Shown here piece by piece: positions 17,721 to 27,043 of a DNA stretch of 32,000 nucleotides. Position 1 is the stretch's first letter. The number at the start of each line of letters is the position of its first letter. The position numbers and the translations under genes are program-made. Source of the DNA: Candidatus Fokinia solitaria. GTDB lineage: Bacteria > Pseudomonadota > Alphaproteobacteria > Rickettsiales > Midichloriaceae. The notes under the pieces were generated by a model, which ran no database searches, had not been told where the DNA came from, and worked only from the letters and a program-made list of their open reading frames with translations. The DNA lies in the NCBI RefSeq assembly GCF_003072485.1, contig NZ_CP025989.1, positions 180,001-212,000 of the forward strand. The letters run 5' to 3'.

Positions 17721-18365
17721 TTATAATGCTGTAAAGCGATTGGTATCAGCTTTGTATTCTAGCATTTCACCTGTTGCAATATCAAAAAGCCATCCATGTA
17801 TGAATAGCTTTTGCTGCATTACTCTTTCTTTTATCCAAGGAAATGTATGAAGATTTTGTATAGATTTTACAATACCGCGTTCTTCACATAGCAAAATCTT
17901 CTCCTCTATCGACATCGAAATACCATCATTTTCTACTTCTCTTTTTACATCTTCGAAAATACTCATCCATTTTTCCAAAAATGCCATGCTGTTGTTATTA
18001 CGATACTTGGTAGTCATAAGTTTTTCGATACCTCCACATTTTCTATGTCCAAGTATTAGTATGTGCGCGATATTTAAAGCAGTTACTCCGAATTCTAATG
18101 CTGCACTAGTACCGTGATAATTTCCATCTTTCTCATACGGCGGTACTATATTAGCTACGTTTCGTATTACAAATATCTCACCTGGTGAGCATTGCATTAT
18201 AATAGATGGCTCTACTCGAGAGTCTGAGCATGATATTACTAACACGCTTGGATTTTGATTTTGTTGATATAACTTACTAAATAATTCTTTATGTTGCGGT
18301 AAATAGGTGTTTTTAAAAATGTGATATCCTTCTCTGAGATTCTCGATATTTTTCCTTCTGTTCAT
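17721..18365 (-). CDS. beta-class carbonic anhydrase
   Basis: 214-aa ORF with the zinc-ligand motifs ISCSDSRVEPS and GHRKCGGI typical of beta-carbonic anhydrases. Confidence 0.85.
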   Translation of the reverse strand: MNRRKNIENLREGYHIFKNTYLPQHKELFSKLYQQNQNPSVLVISCSDSRVEPSIIMQCSPGEIFVIRNVANIVPPYEKDGNYHGTSAALEFGVTALNIAHILILGHRKCGGIEKLMTTKYRNNNSMAFLEKWMSIFEDVKREVENDGISMSIEEKILLCEERGIVKSIQNLHTFPWIKERVMQQKLFIHGWLFDIATGEMLEYKADTNRFTAL

Positions 18366-18462
18366 ACTGTTATGATAATATGATATCTTCGAAACTTTAT
18401 AAATTTGACCGTGCTTACAGATAGTAGTAGGCTATAACAATAATTTTCGTTTAAAGTCAAAT

Positions 18463-19458
18463 ATGTTCTTTATAGATGAAGTGAAGATACATCTGAAAGC
18501 TGGTGATGGAGGTAATGGAGCGGTGAGTTTTCATAGAGCAAAGTTTATTGAGTTTGGCGGACCAGATGGAGGTAATGGAGGTAGTGGAGGCAACATAGTT
18601 TTGATTGCAGATGATAGTATGACTACGTTAGCTAGTTTTCGTTATAAGCAACATTTCATAAGTACTAATGGTGCTAATGGAAGTGGTAATAATAAGACTG
18701 GTGTGAGTGGTGATGATTTAATTATTACAGTGCCGACAGGTACTCAAGTATTTGATGACACATATTCATATTTAATGCATGATTTAGAAAAAGACGGAGA
18801 GAGAGTGATGATAGCTAAAGGTGGTTTAGGAGGTGCAGGTAATGCGTGTTTCAAGAGTTCTACGTCGCGCGCACCTACGAAAGCAATAAAAGGAAAAAAA
18901 GGTGATACATTTTCAATATGGCTTAGTTTAAAGCTTCTTTCAGATATAGGTATTATTGGACTTCCTAATGCGGGAAAGTCCACATTTCTTTCAATGGTGA
19001 CTGATGCAAAGCCGAAAGTACGCGATTATCCATTTACTACTCTTTCGCCTCAACTTGGAGTATTTAGAATAGATATGAATACAGAAGTTGTACTTGCTGA
19101 TATACCTGGACTAATAGAAGGTGCGAGTGAAGGTTTAGGCTTAGGAGATAGATTTTTGAAGCACATTGAAAGATGTAATGTGCTAATACATGTTGTAGAT
19201 GCCACAGATCAGGATCCAATTGCTTCATATTATACCATACGTAATGAGCTTGCAAAATACTCTCCAACTCTTGTGGAGAAGAAAGAATTAGTAGTGCTTA
19301 GTAAATGCGATCTGATTTCAGAGGATGCAGTTACCGTATTGCAAAATACTTTTATAAATAGTATCTCACGTGAAGTAATGCAGTGTACGTATGTAGCACG
19401 TGATACAATGCGTAAAGCAATTCTGAAAGCTATAGAATTAATTGAGTGCCATGATTAA
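18463..19458 (+). CDS. obg: GTPase Obg/CgtA
   Basis: 331-aa ORF. The Obg fold is FIDEVKIHLKAGDGGNGAVSFHR with glycine-rich repeats. G1 is GLPNAGKST and G3 is DIPGLIEGAS. Confidence 0.92.
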   Translation: MFFIDEVKIHLKAGDGGNGAVSFHRAKFIEFGGPDGGNGGSGGNIVLIADDSMTTLASFRYKQHFISTNGANGSGNNKTGVSGDDLIITVPTGTQVFDDTYSYLMHDLEKDGERVMIAKGGLGGAGNACFKSSTSRAPTKAIKGKKGDTFSIWLSLKLLSDIGIIGLPNAGKSTFLSMVTDAKPKVRDYPFTTLSPQLGVFRIDMNTEVVLADIPGLIEGASEGLGLGDRFLKHIERCNVLIHVVDATDQDPIASYYTIRNELAKYSPTLVEKKELVVLSKCDLISEDAVTVLQNTFINSISREVMQCTYVARDTMRKAILKAIELIECHD

Positions 19459-21457
19459 TAAAATACTTGTAGCGAATAGAGGGGAGATAGCGTGTCGCAT
19501 AATACGTACTGCTAAGCGTATGGGTATTAAAACAGTTGCAGTCTATAGTGAGAGTGATTTCGATAGCATGCATGTATCAATGGCAGATCAAGCTGTATAT
19601 ATAGGCGCTTCTACAGCGCAGCTAAGTTATTTAAATGCAAAGAAGATATTGTATGCAGTGAAAAGCACAGGTGCAGATGCAGTCCATCCAGGATATGGCT
19701 TTTTGTCCGAGAATGCAGGATTTGCAGAGTTAATGCGAAAAAATGGCATAACATTTATAGGTCCTTCTTCGGAATCTATAAGAAAAATGGGAGATAAAGT
19801 ACTTGCAAAAAAGATAGCTGCAGAAACAGGAGTCAACATAGTGCCAGGTGGACAAGGGCAAGTAAAGAATTTGGAAAATGCATTAAAGATAGCGAAAAAA
19901 ATAGGCTATCCGGTAATGTTGAAAGCTGCTGCGGGAGGAGGGGGAAAAGGTATGAGAGTAGTCAGTACTCCTGAAAGTATGGAAATGGCTTTTGGCTCTA
20001 CCAAGAATGAAGCAAAGAATAACTTTGCAGATGAGAGAGTGTTTATAGAAAAATATATTAAAAATCCTAGACATATAGAAATTCAAGTAATTGGAGATAC
20101 GCATGGAAATTACGTATGTTTATATGAAAGAGAGTGCTCAATACAGAGAAGGCATCAGAAAATTATCGAAGAAGCGCCGAGTATTTTTGTAGATGAGAAA
20201 ATGAGAAAAAAGATGTATGGACAGTCTATAGCACTTGCTAAAAAAGTTGGATACTACTCGGCAGGAACTGTTGAGTTCATTGTAGATGAGAGGAAAAATT
20301 TCTATTTTATGGAGATGAATACTAGATTACAGGTAGAACATCCTGTCACAGAGTTGATCACCGGTGTAGATTTAGTGGAGTTGATGATAATTGTAGCAAG
20401 AGGTGAGAAACTGAACATTAAACAGAGTGATATAAAATGTAACGGATGGGCACTAGAGAGTAGAGTATATGCTGAAGATACTCTTTCCGGGTTTATTCCA
20501 TCTACTGGTAAAATACTAACTTACGTAAAGCCGGAGAAAAAGGATTGGTTAAGAATCGATGAAGGCGTCAGAGAAGGCAGTAGTGTCACTCCTTTTTACG
20601 ATCCTATGATCAGCAAGGTATGTGTATGGAGTGAAGATCGAGAGAGTGCAATAGAAAAGATGAGGATCGCGCTAAGCGAGTACGTAATCACGGGAGTGTC
20701 TCATAATATCAGCTCATTTCTACAAAAAGTGTTCTCTCATCCGAAGTTTATTACTGGCGAGATATCTACGAATTTCATAGATGATGAACTATTTATACAG
20801 GAAGATACTTTTTCTATAGAAGATGAGAGAAATGCTGTTTTATTAAGCGCTGCAAGCTATATATTTCTTACATACCATAAAAGAAATCTCGCAACTGCGT
20901 ATAGAAGAAAGCACGGAGATGTCACTTGGATTGGTACAAGATGGGTGATTTCCATGCGCAATCATCTGTATCCAGTAGTAGTGCATGAGATTCAAGATGG
21001 CTATAAGGTTTCCATAGAGAATCGTAGATTTGATATTTCCGCAAAATGGATGGTAGGTAGCCATTTGTTTCAATGTACCGTCAATGAAAAAGAGTATAGT
21101 TTACAGGTTATTTCTCATTATAATTCTTCTAGTGTTCAGCTGACTTTCATGGATTTTACTGTAGATACCAAGATATATACTCCGTATGCAGCGGAAATGC
21201 TAAAATATATGAAAGAGCCTAAGAGTGATGAAGATTCTGGCAATATTATCGCAAGTATCTCCGGTATTGTAACGAATATCTTGATTCAAGAAGGAGATGA
21301 TGTTGTGAAAGGGCAGCCTGTAATAGCTTTGGAAGCTATGAAAATGGAAAATGTGTTACATAGTGCAGTAGATGGATGTGTCACTTCAATTAATGTTGAG
21401 GTAGGTGATTCGGTTTCAGCTGGAGATATATTGGTAGAGTTAGAGAGTAAAAAGTGA
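19451..21457 (+). CDS. pccA: propionyl-CoA (acyl-CoA) carboxylase alpha subunit: biotin carboxylase plus biotin carboxyl carrier domain
   Basis: ILVANRGEIACRIIRT, the ATP-grasp MLKAAAGGGGKGMRV, EMNTRLQVEHPVTE, and the C-terminal biotinylation motif ALEAMKMEN. I chose ATG 19451 rather than the tracked TTG 19442. It overlaps the obg stop by 8 nt (ATGATTAA). Confidence 0.9.
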   Translation: MINKILVANRGEIACRIIRTAKRMGIKTVAVYSESDFDSMHVSMADQAVYIGASTAQLSYLNAKKILYAVKSTGADAVHPGYGFLSENAGFAELMRKNGITFIGPSSESIRKMGDKVLAKKIAAETGVNIVPGGQGQVKNLENALKIAKKIGYPVMLKAAAGGGGKGMRVVSTPESMEMAFGSTKNEAKNNFADERVFIEKYIKNPRHIEIQVIGDTHGNYVCLYERECSIQRRHQKIIEEAPSIFVDEKMRKKMYGQSIALAKKVGYYSAGTVEFIVDERKNFYFMEMNTRLQVEHPVTELITGVDLVELMIIVARGEKLNIKQSDIKCNGWALESRVYAEDTLSGFIPSTGKILTYVKPEKKDWLRIDEGVREGSSVTPFYDPMISKVCVWSEDRESAIEKMRIALSEYVITGVSHNISSFLQKVFSHPKFITGEISTNFIDDELFIQEDTFSIEDERNAVLLSAASYIFLTYHKRNLATAYRRKHGDVTWIGTRWVISMRNHLYPVVVHEIQDGYKVSIENRRFDISAKWMVGSHLFQCTVNEKEYSLQVISHYNSSSVQLTFMDFTVDTKIYTPYAAEMLKYMKEPKSDEDSGNIIASISGIVTNILIQEGDDVVKGQPVIALEAMKMENVLHSAVDGCVTSINVEVGDSVSAGDILVELESKK

Positions 21458-21568
21458 TTTGAAGGACTTCCAGTATAGAGTAGTAGCTGTTACAGCTATG
21501 AAAGTGCATGCATATTTTATACATCGATAATAGCTACTAAAAAGAAGTTTTTTGATACACAAGTGCAG

Positions 21569-21847
21569 ATGTATGAAAAAATATCAGAGATTAGCAATAG
21601 GATATGTGCTATCTTGTTTAAAAATATCACTGCTGCAGTTAACGATGATAGTGGAGAGCAGGTATGTTATATTGCTTCGATAGTGGAGATTCTTGGTAAG
21701 CTTTCTGCAGTTCAATGCAATTTCTATAAATCACTCTCTAATAATAAGGATTTCGCGCCAGAAAAAAGTGATTGTAATAATGAAATTAATTACGATGATA
21801 TTAAAATCTTAAAAGAATATTTAGAAAGATTAGAGAAGAATTCTTGA
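21569..21847 (+). CDS. hypothetical small protein (92 aa from ATG 21569), no recognisable motif
   Basis: Open frame only (the tracked ORF starts at GTG 21563). It looks predicted-helical and is rich in E/D/N/K. I recognise no family. Coding status is unverified. Confidence 0.4.
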   Translation: MYEKISEISNRICAILFKNITAAVNDDSGEQVCYIASIVEILGKLSAVQCNFYKSLSNNKDFAPEKSDCNNEINYDDIKILKEYLERLEKNS

Positions 21848-22017
21848 GATTTCCGCGCATTATACATTTTATAAGTAAAAATTTCTAGACAATATTAAGA
21901 TAATATATTAAGATATTACTACAATATATCTTTTTATGTTAGAAAATTCAGTCGTACTATATAGAGAGATATATACTATTTCGTAGATGTTAATTATTTT
22001 TCTATATTTTTTATATC

Positions 22018-22794
22018 ATGTTTCTTTCTACTACTAAAACGCTTTCTTTTACACTTCATCACGATAGTAAACATTCTCCATGTAAAGCTTCGATCTTTGA
22101 GACACCTAGTCCTTATTTGAGAAATATAAATGAGAAGCTGTCTTCGATTTACTGTGATAGTTTATCGTATCGTGATTCTTCTATTAACGTGAAGCAACTT
22201 CAGCATTTACTGAGTAAGCATTACAATGAATTGAATGATTTTAGTGATGGTACAATATTCTCGCGTATTGTGTCTAACGTATATCAATCTCAATATTATG
22301 CGCATTTAAGAGGCACATTTGATTTCGCAATATTTGAAGCAAAAAATTTCGAATTTACTCAAAGTGGCGCTCTATCTAAGATAACCACTTTTGTGCAGGA
22401 TCTTTATAAAGAATCTCTGAGTAAAGAATTAAATGTTGCTGGCAACATGTTAGACGCATTAGGTGATAGTTATGGATTGTCTGCATTTAAAAATCCAAAG
22501 AGTACCGCACAGAAAGTACGTGATTCTGTTTCAGTATGTGATGCACAAGAGAAATCTACACTCTGTAATGCGCTTTCTGATGGTATGAAATCATTATCGA
22601 AATTACTTGATAATGCCGCTACTACGGGAAAAAGCCTTTATGGTAAGAATGATCCAATTCATAAAGTTATTATTGGAAATACGGTAAATATGATAGAAAA
22701 TCTCCATTTTTTGAGAGAAGAGGTTGTAAATGCAATCGAAGAAGAAGCACCAGTAATGCCAGAATTCTTATATATTACGGAAACGGAGATATAA
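22018..22794 (+). CDS. hypothetical protein (258 aa), no recognisable motif
   Basis: A clean 258-aa ORF preceded by a 170-nt very AT-rich region. It has no signal peptide or TM segment by eye, and an acidic C-terminus (..EEEAPVMPEFLYITETEI). No family recognised. Confidence 0.55.
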   Translation: MFLSTTKTLSFTLHHDSKHSPCKASIFETPSPYLRNINEKLSSIYCDSLSYRDSSINVKQLQHLLSKHYNELNDFSDGTIFSRIVSNVYQSQYYAHLRGTFDFAIFEAKNFEFTQSGALSKITTFVQDLYKESLSKELNVAGNMLDALGDSYGLSAFKNPKSTAQKVRDSVSVCDAQEKSTLCNALSDGMKSLSKLLDNAATTGKSLYGKNDPIHKVIIGNTVNMIENLHFLREEVVNAIEEEAPVMPEFLYITETEI

Positions 22795-22886
22795 TATAGA
22801 AAAGCACTATGCAATTGCAGCTAAAACATTTGTTTAAAAGTTCAAAATGCTGTATAAACAGCTACATAAGGTAAATATAGGCGCGC

Positions 22887-24395
22887 ATGATAGATAAATT
22901 TATCGGTATCTCGAAAGCAGAGTCAGTAGCTGCAGAAAAACAGCATGTTAGAGGTAAGTTGAGTGCAAGAGAGAGAATACAAGTCCTTTTAGATCATAAT
23001 TCTTTTGAAGAAGTAGATGCATTTGTACATCATAGATGTAATAACTTCGATATGCAGAATTCAGTCACGCTTGGTGACGGTGTAGTAACAGGATGGGGAA
23101 CTGTTAACGGCAGAAATGTAGTCGTATGTAGTCAAGATTTTACTGTGATGGGTGGATCGTTAGGCGAAATGCAAGCGAAAAAGATCAATAAAATGCAAGA
23201 TTTAGCGGTAAAAATAGGCTGTCCTCTCGTATTTATCAATGATTCCGGTGGTGCAAGAATTCAAGAAGGAGTAGATTCTTTAGCGGGATATGGAGAGATC
23301 TTTCTTCGTAATGTCAAAGCTTCCGGAGTAATTCCTCAGATTTCCGTTATAATGGGGCCATGTGCTGGTGGCGCTGTTTACTCTCCCGCGCTAACAGATT
23401 TTATATTTATGGTAGAGCAGACATCGTACATGTATCTCACTGGACCTGATGTAGTGAGAAGTGTAACTAATGAAGATGTTACTCATGAGAAGCTTGGTGG
23501 TTCCAAGATACATACAATGACGAGTGGTGTCGCGGATTGTAGATTTGAAAATGATATTGAGGCTTTGAAGCAAACTAAAAGGTTATTAGATTTCCTACCT
23601 TCAAGTTATAATTCGAATATGCCAATTCGTAGTACTACAGATCCGATAGATAGACCAATAATGGCCTTAAATAAGATTATTCCGGAGAGTTCATCACGTT
23701 CATATGATATGAAGCATATAATTGAAAAAATAGTAGATGAAGGAGATTTTTTTGAAATAAAGAAGGATTTTGCAAAGAACATAATAGTAGGATTTGGCCG
23801 TTTTGACGGTAGAACGGTAGGTATAGTAGCTAATCAACCAACTCAAATAGCAGGGTGTTTAGACGTTAATGCTTCTTTGAAAGCTGCAAGATTTGTGAGA
23901 TTCTGTGATGCTATGAATATTCCAATTCTAACATTAGTGGATGTGCCAGGTTTTTTACCTGGAGTAAAGCAAGAATATTCCGGTATTATAATGCATGGTG
24001 CAAAGCTTCTCTTTGCGTATGCTGAAGCAACAGTGCCTAAAGTAACTTTGATAGTAAGAAAAGCTTATGGTGGTGCATACATAGTGATGAGTTCTAAACA
24101 CTTAGCAGGAGATATAAATTACTCTTGGTGCAATACGGAGATTGCTGTAATGGGCGCGAAGGGTGCTGTATCGGTGTTGTATAAGAAGCATAATCTTTCT
24201 GAAAAAGATGCAAATCAGAAAATACTTGAGTATCAGCAAGCGTTCGCTTCTCCTGAAATAGCAGCTTCAAGAGGTTTTTTAGATGATGTGATAGAGCCTT
24301 ATAAAACTCGCTCTAAAATATGTAATGCTTTCGCTATGTTGAGTGATAAAAAAGTGCAACAAATAGATAAAAAACATAGCAATATGCCATTATAA
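22887..24395 (+). CDS. pccB: propionyl-CoA carboxylase beta subunit (carboxyltransferase)
   Basis: 502-aa [49 protein letters not shown], the second-half repeat GIVANQP and [11 protein letters not shown] are typical of the acyl-CoA carboxylase beta family. Confidence 0.9.
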   Translation: MIDKFIGISKAESVAAEKQHVRGKLSARERIQVLLDHNSFEEVDAFVHHRCNNFDMQNSVTLGDGVVTGWGTVNGRNVVVCSQDFTVMGGSLGEMQAKKINKMQDLAVKIGCPLVFINDSGGARIQEGVDSLAGYGEIFLRNVKASGVIPQISVIMGPCAGGAVYSPALTDFIFMVEQTSYMYLTGPDVVRSVTNEDVTHEKLGGSKIHTMTSGVADCRFENDIEALKQTKRLLDFLPSSYNSNMPIRSTTDPIDRPIMALNKIIPESSSRSYDMKHIIEKIVDEGDFFEIKKDFAKNIIVGFGRFDGRTVGIVANQPTQIAGCLDVNASLKAARFVRFCDAMNIPILTLVDVPGFLPGVKQEYSGIIMHGAKLLFAYAEATVPKVTLIVRKAYGGAYIVMSSKHLAGDINYSWCNTEIAVMGAKGAVSVLYKKHNLSEKDANQKILEYQQAFASPEIAASRGFLDDVIEPYKTRSKICNAFAMLSDKKVQQIDKKHSNMPL

Positions 24396-24572
24396 AATAC
24401 TTTTCTAAACTAAAAGTATAAGCAAAATCTTCAAAGAGAGAAGTGTATCGTCGTTATAAGTAGCAAAGTCCATAAGAAAATTGCTTTTTTCAATAAATTG
24501 TATTGCTTTTTCTGTTTAGCACTAAAAGAATCTATACAATGTATTTCTGTATAGATAATAAATTACGTAATA

Positions 24573-25316
24573 ATGTATTTTGGAAAAAAAGGTGCTATAG
24601 CTTATTTTTGCGTACTAGCTTTGTTATTACCACTCTCTTCATCGGCTATACAGTATGATAATTCTCTTACAATAGATAGGAGGATTCAGAAATTCGTCTA
24701 CAGTCCGAATCAAGTTTTTCCTCTCGTTCTATCTCAAGGATATCAAACTAGTATAGAATTTGGAGAAGGAGAGATACTACAAACTTACTCATTAGGTAAT
24801 AGCTATGCATGGCAACTCTCCGTTGTTGGTAATACTCTGTTTATAAAGCCGATAGAAGATGATGTTACGACAAATATGACAGTTATTACTAATAAGAGAA
24901 AATACTATTTCGAAATTGAAACTCGTAATTTTGCCAATCAATTGGATGATAGTTTTGCATATGTAATTAGATTCTTTTATCCAGATACAAATCAAAATGA
25001 TGATAAAAAACTTCTTACTAAGCAGATTGAGCAATCAGAAGAGCCTGTGAAAGAGATTGTGCCTTATAACTTCAATTATCTAATGGTAAGAGGAAATAAA
25101 AATGCTTATCCTTCCACTGTTTTTGATGACTCTAATAGTACGTACTTTCAATATAAAGCTTCAACTCAAACTCCTAAAATTTTCCTATTAAATGGACAAG
25201 AATTGAAGCCTTTAACAGTGCAAAAGGTGAAAAATTATTACGTTGTAAATACAGTGGCAAAGAATTTCTTTGTCAAGATTGGTGATGAAGCGGTAGTCAT
25301 TCAAAATCTTCGTTAA
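24573..25316 (+). CDS. virB9: type IV secretion system protein VirB9 (paralog 1)
   Basis: 247-aa ORF with a signal peptide (AYFCVLALLLPLSSSA). The VirB9/TrbG/CagX-type core is VYSPNQVFPL..TSIEF..WQLSVVGNTLFIKP..TNMTVITNKRKYYFEI, and the C-terminal domain is YNFNY...STYFQY. virB10 follows after 6 nt. Confidence 0.85.
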   Translation: MYFGKKGAIAYFCVLALLLPLSSSAIQYDNSLTIDRRIQKFVYSPNQVFPLVLSQGYQTSIEFGEGEILQTYSLGNSYAWQLSVVGNTLFIKPIEDDVTTNMTVITNKRKYYFEIETRNFANQLDDSFAYVIRFFYPDTNQNDDKKLLTKQIEQSEEPVKEIVPYNFNYLMVRGNKNAYPSTVFDDSNSTYFQYKASTQTPKIFLLNGQELKPLTVQKVKNYYVVNTVAKNFFVKIGDEAVVIQNLR

Positions 25317-25322
25317 AAGCAT

Positions 25323-26603
25323 ATGAAAAATAATACGCAAAACGAGAAAACAACTAAATCTCAAAATGTTGCAGAGGATAAAAAAGATAACAAGCAGCAA
25401 GTAGTGAAGAACTCATTAAATAACACTGTTCTTGCGAAATTTCTCAACCTTCCTCTCTCTCATCAGATTGTAGTTGGATGTATCATAGTTCTTCTTGTGA
25501 TCATTCTTTATTCGCTATTTTTTAGAACTAAAGAAAAGCCTAAAGCGCCAGTGGTAGATGCCGCGGTATTGCAAGCAGAAGTTATCACTTTACCTGAGCA
25601 ACCAGCGCCTCAAAGTGTCGCACCTACGCTTGCGCAATTAGAACCTCCAAAAGTCTCTGTGCCGTTACCTCCAGTTGCAGCTATAGTATCAAGTAATGAA
25701 GAATCTCAAGATAATGCGCCAGAATCTGTAAAAGTGCAGCATAATAATGAAAATGAATTGCAAAGTATGCCGGTTACACAAAATGCTGAAGCAGTAGGTA
25801 AGGCTATAAAGGGAACAAAAGATATTTCGAAGCTTCTTGGAGAGAATATGATAGTATTTGGAGGAAGCAGTAAAACACAAGATAAGAACTCTAATAATCA
25901 GCAATTTCTTGGTTTTGATGGAGGAGTAATAGATAAGGTCAAAATGAAGCCTTCCGATTCTCCAAAAACAATGGCAATGAAATTGTCAGATTTAGATAGA
26001 ACTCTGTTACAAGGAAAAATTATTGAAGGAGTATTAGAGAATGCGATCAGTACTGCACTTTCAGATCCAGGCATTATAAGAGCAGTCATTTCTAGAGATG
26101 TATATTCTGAAAATGGTAGAAATGTTTTAATACCGAAAGGATCAAGAGTAGTAGGAACTTATTCAGCGCAAGGTACCGCAGGGCAGGTTACAGTTGCGGT
26201 GATATGGAATAGATTGATTACACCTACTGGTATCGATATTAAGATAGATGCGAAATCTAGCGATAAATTAGGGCGTTTAGGTGTACAAGGATATATGGAT
26301 GATCATTGGGCAGGGCAGCTAGCAAGTGCGTTTTTATTATCTTTCATAGTGCCTATCATAACGTATAAGATGACAGATCAAAGTGATTCTGAAGTTGTAT
26401 CGAATAGTGGAGGTAACAATAATGGAGTCACAACAACCACTACTGCACTTTCTCAAGCACTTTCTCAAGCTTCTAGTTCATTTCAAAGCGTCGCAAACAA
26501 TGTTGTTAATAATCGATTTCCACAGCAGATTATCATGAAAGTCGATCAAGGTGCAGCTATTAATATATTTGTATCCAAAGATATGTACTTTGGAGATGAG
26601 TAG
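25323..26603 (+). CDS. virB10: type IV secretion system protein VirB10
   Basis: 426-aa ORF. It has a polar N-terminus, one TM segment (IVVGCIIVLLVIILYSLFF), a proline-rich stretch (PEQPAPQSVAPTLAQLEPPKVSVPLPPVAA), and a C-terminal barrel region with GSRVVGTYSAQGTAGQVTVAVIWNRLITPTGIDI, as in VirB10/TrbI. Confidence 0.85.
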   Translation: MKNNTQNEKTTKSQNVAEDKKDNKQQVVKNSLNNTVLAKFLNLPLSHQIVVGCIIVLLVIILYSLFFRTKEKPKAPVVDAAVLQAEVITLPEQPAPQSVAPTLAQLEPPKVSVPLPPVAAIVSSNEESQDNAPESVKVQHNNENELQSMPVTQNAEAVGKAIKGTKDISKLLGENMIVFGGSSKTQDKNSNNQQFLGFDGGVIDKVKMKPSDSPKTMAMKLSDLDRTLLQGKIIEGVLENAISTALSDPGIIRAVISRDVYSENGRNVLIPKGSRVVGTYSAQGTAGQVTVAVIWNRLITPTGIDIKIDAKSSDKLGRLGVQGYMDDHWAGQLASAFLLSFIVPIITYKMTDQSDSEVVSNSGGNNNGVTTTTTALSQALSQASSSFQSVANNVVNNRFPQQIIMKVDQGAAINIFVSKDMYFGDE

Positions 26604-26660
26604 TAATAAATACTTGGTGGATAGAGTGTATTGCGTTTAAAGTGGTTAGAGGTATAATTT

Positions 26661-26984
26661 TTGTATTATAGTATTTGTGCTGTACTTATGCATAAGAGTG
26701 ACGCTGTAGATAAAGTGAAGCATATGCTTTCTTCAGGAGTGCTAAAAGGAATAAGCGCTGATGTGTTAGAGCTGGATGATATTGTATCAGAGCCTGATAT
26801 CGAGGTGCAGAACTCTAATTATAGATCGGTTATTTTATATGAGATGAAGCTTAAGAAATTACTTTCTTTGCTGAAAGAAGTATTATCTATCACTTCTGCT
26901 TCTAAATTAACAAAGCATAATGTAAAGCATATTAAGGAAGTAGTAACGCAATGCACTAAAGAGATTCAAGCTACTCTTAAGTAA
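26661..26984 (+). CDS. hypothetical small protein (107 aa from TTG 26661; 98 aa from ATG 26688)
   Basis: Open frame only, 57 nt downstream of virB10 on the same strand. The C-terminal half is lysine-rich. No family recognised. Confidence 0.4.
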   Translation: MYYSICAVLMHKSDAVDKVKHMLSSGVLKGISADVLELDDIVSEPDIEVQNSNYRSVILYEMKLKKLLSLLKEVLSITSASKLTKHNVKHIKEVVTQCTKEIQATLK

Positions 26985-27043
26985 GGGATGGCTGTGACGG
27001 AAGGGCGTTTACTTTTTATTATGTCGTGTGAAATTGACCTATC

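Noticed and set aside
19442-19450. The TTG start for pccA given by the ORF track.
   Set aside because: ATG 19451 gives the conserved biotin carboxylase N-terminus (MINKILVANRGEIA) and the common ATGA-type overlap with the upstream stop. The TTG start adds only three unconserved residues.
21484-21498. A hairpin TAGCTG-TTA-CAGCTA just after the pccA stop, as a possible terminator.
   Set aside because: The stem is only 6 bp with a 3-nt loop and no U-tract, which is too weak to call.
21892-21915. ATATTAAGATA is directly repeated with a 13-bp period (21892-21902 and 21905-21915), about 100 nt upstream of the 258-aa orphan ORF.
   Set aside because: It is most simply a local slippage duplication in very AT-rich spacer. 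Nothing else supports an operator function.
24480-24511. The 10-mer ATTGCTTTTT occurs twice, 22 nt apart, upstream of virB9, as a possible regulator binding site.
   Set aside because: It is a T-rich low-complexity 10-mer in an AT-rich 177-nt spacer. A chance repeat of this kind is not improbable, and there is no dyad symmetry. Treat it as unproven.
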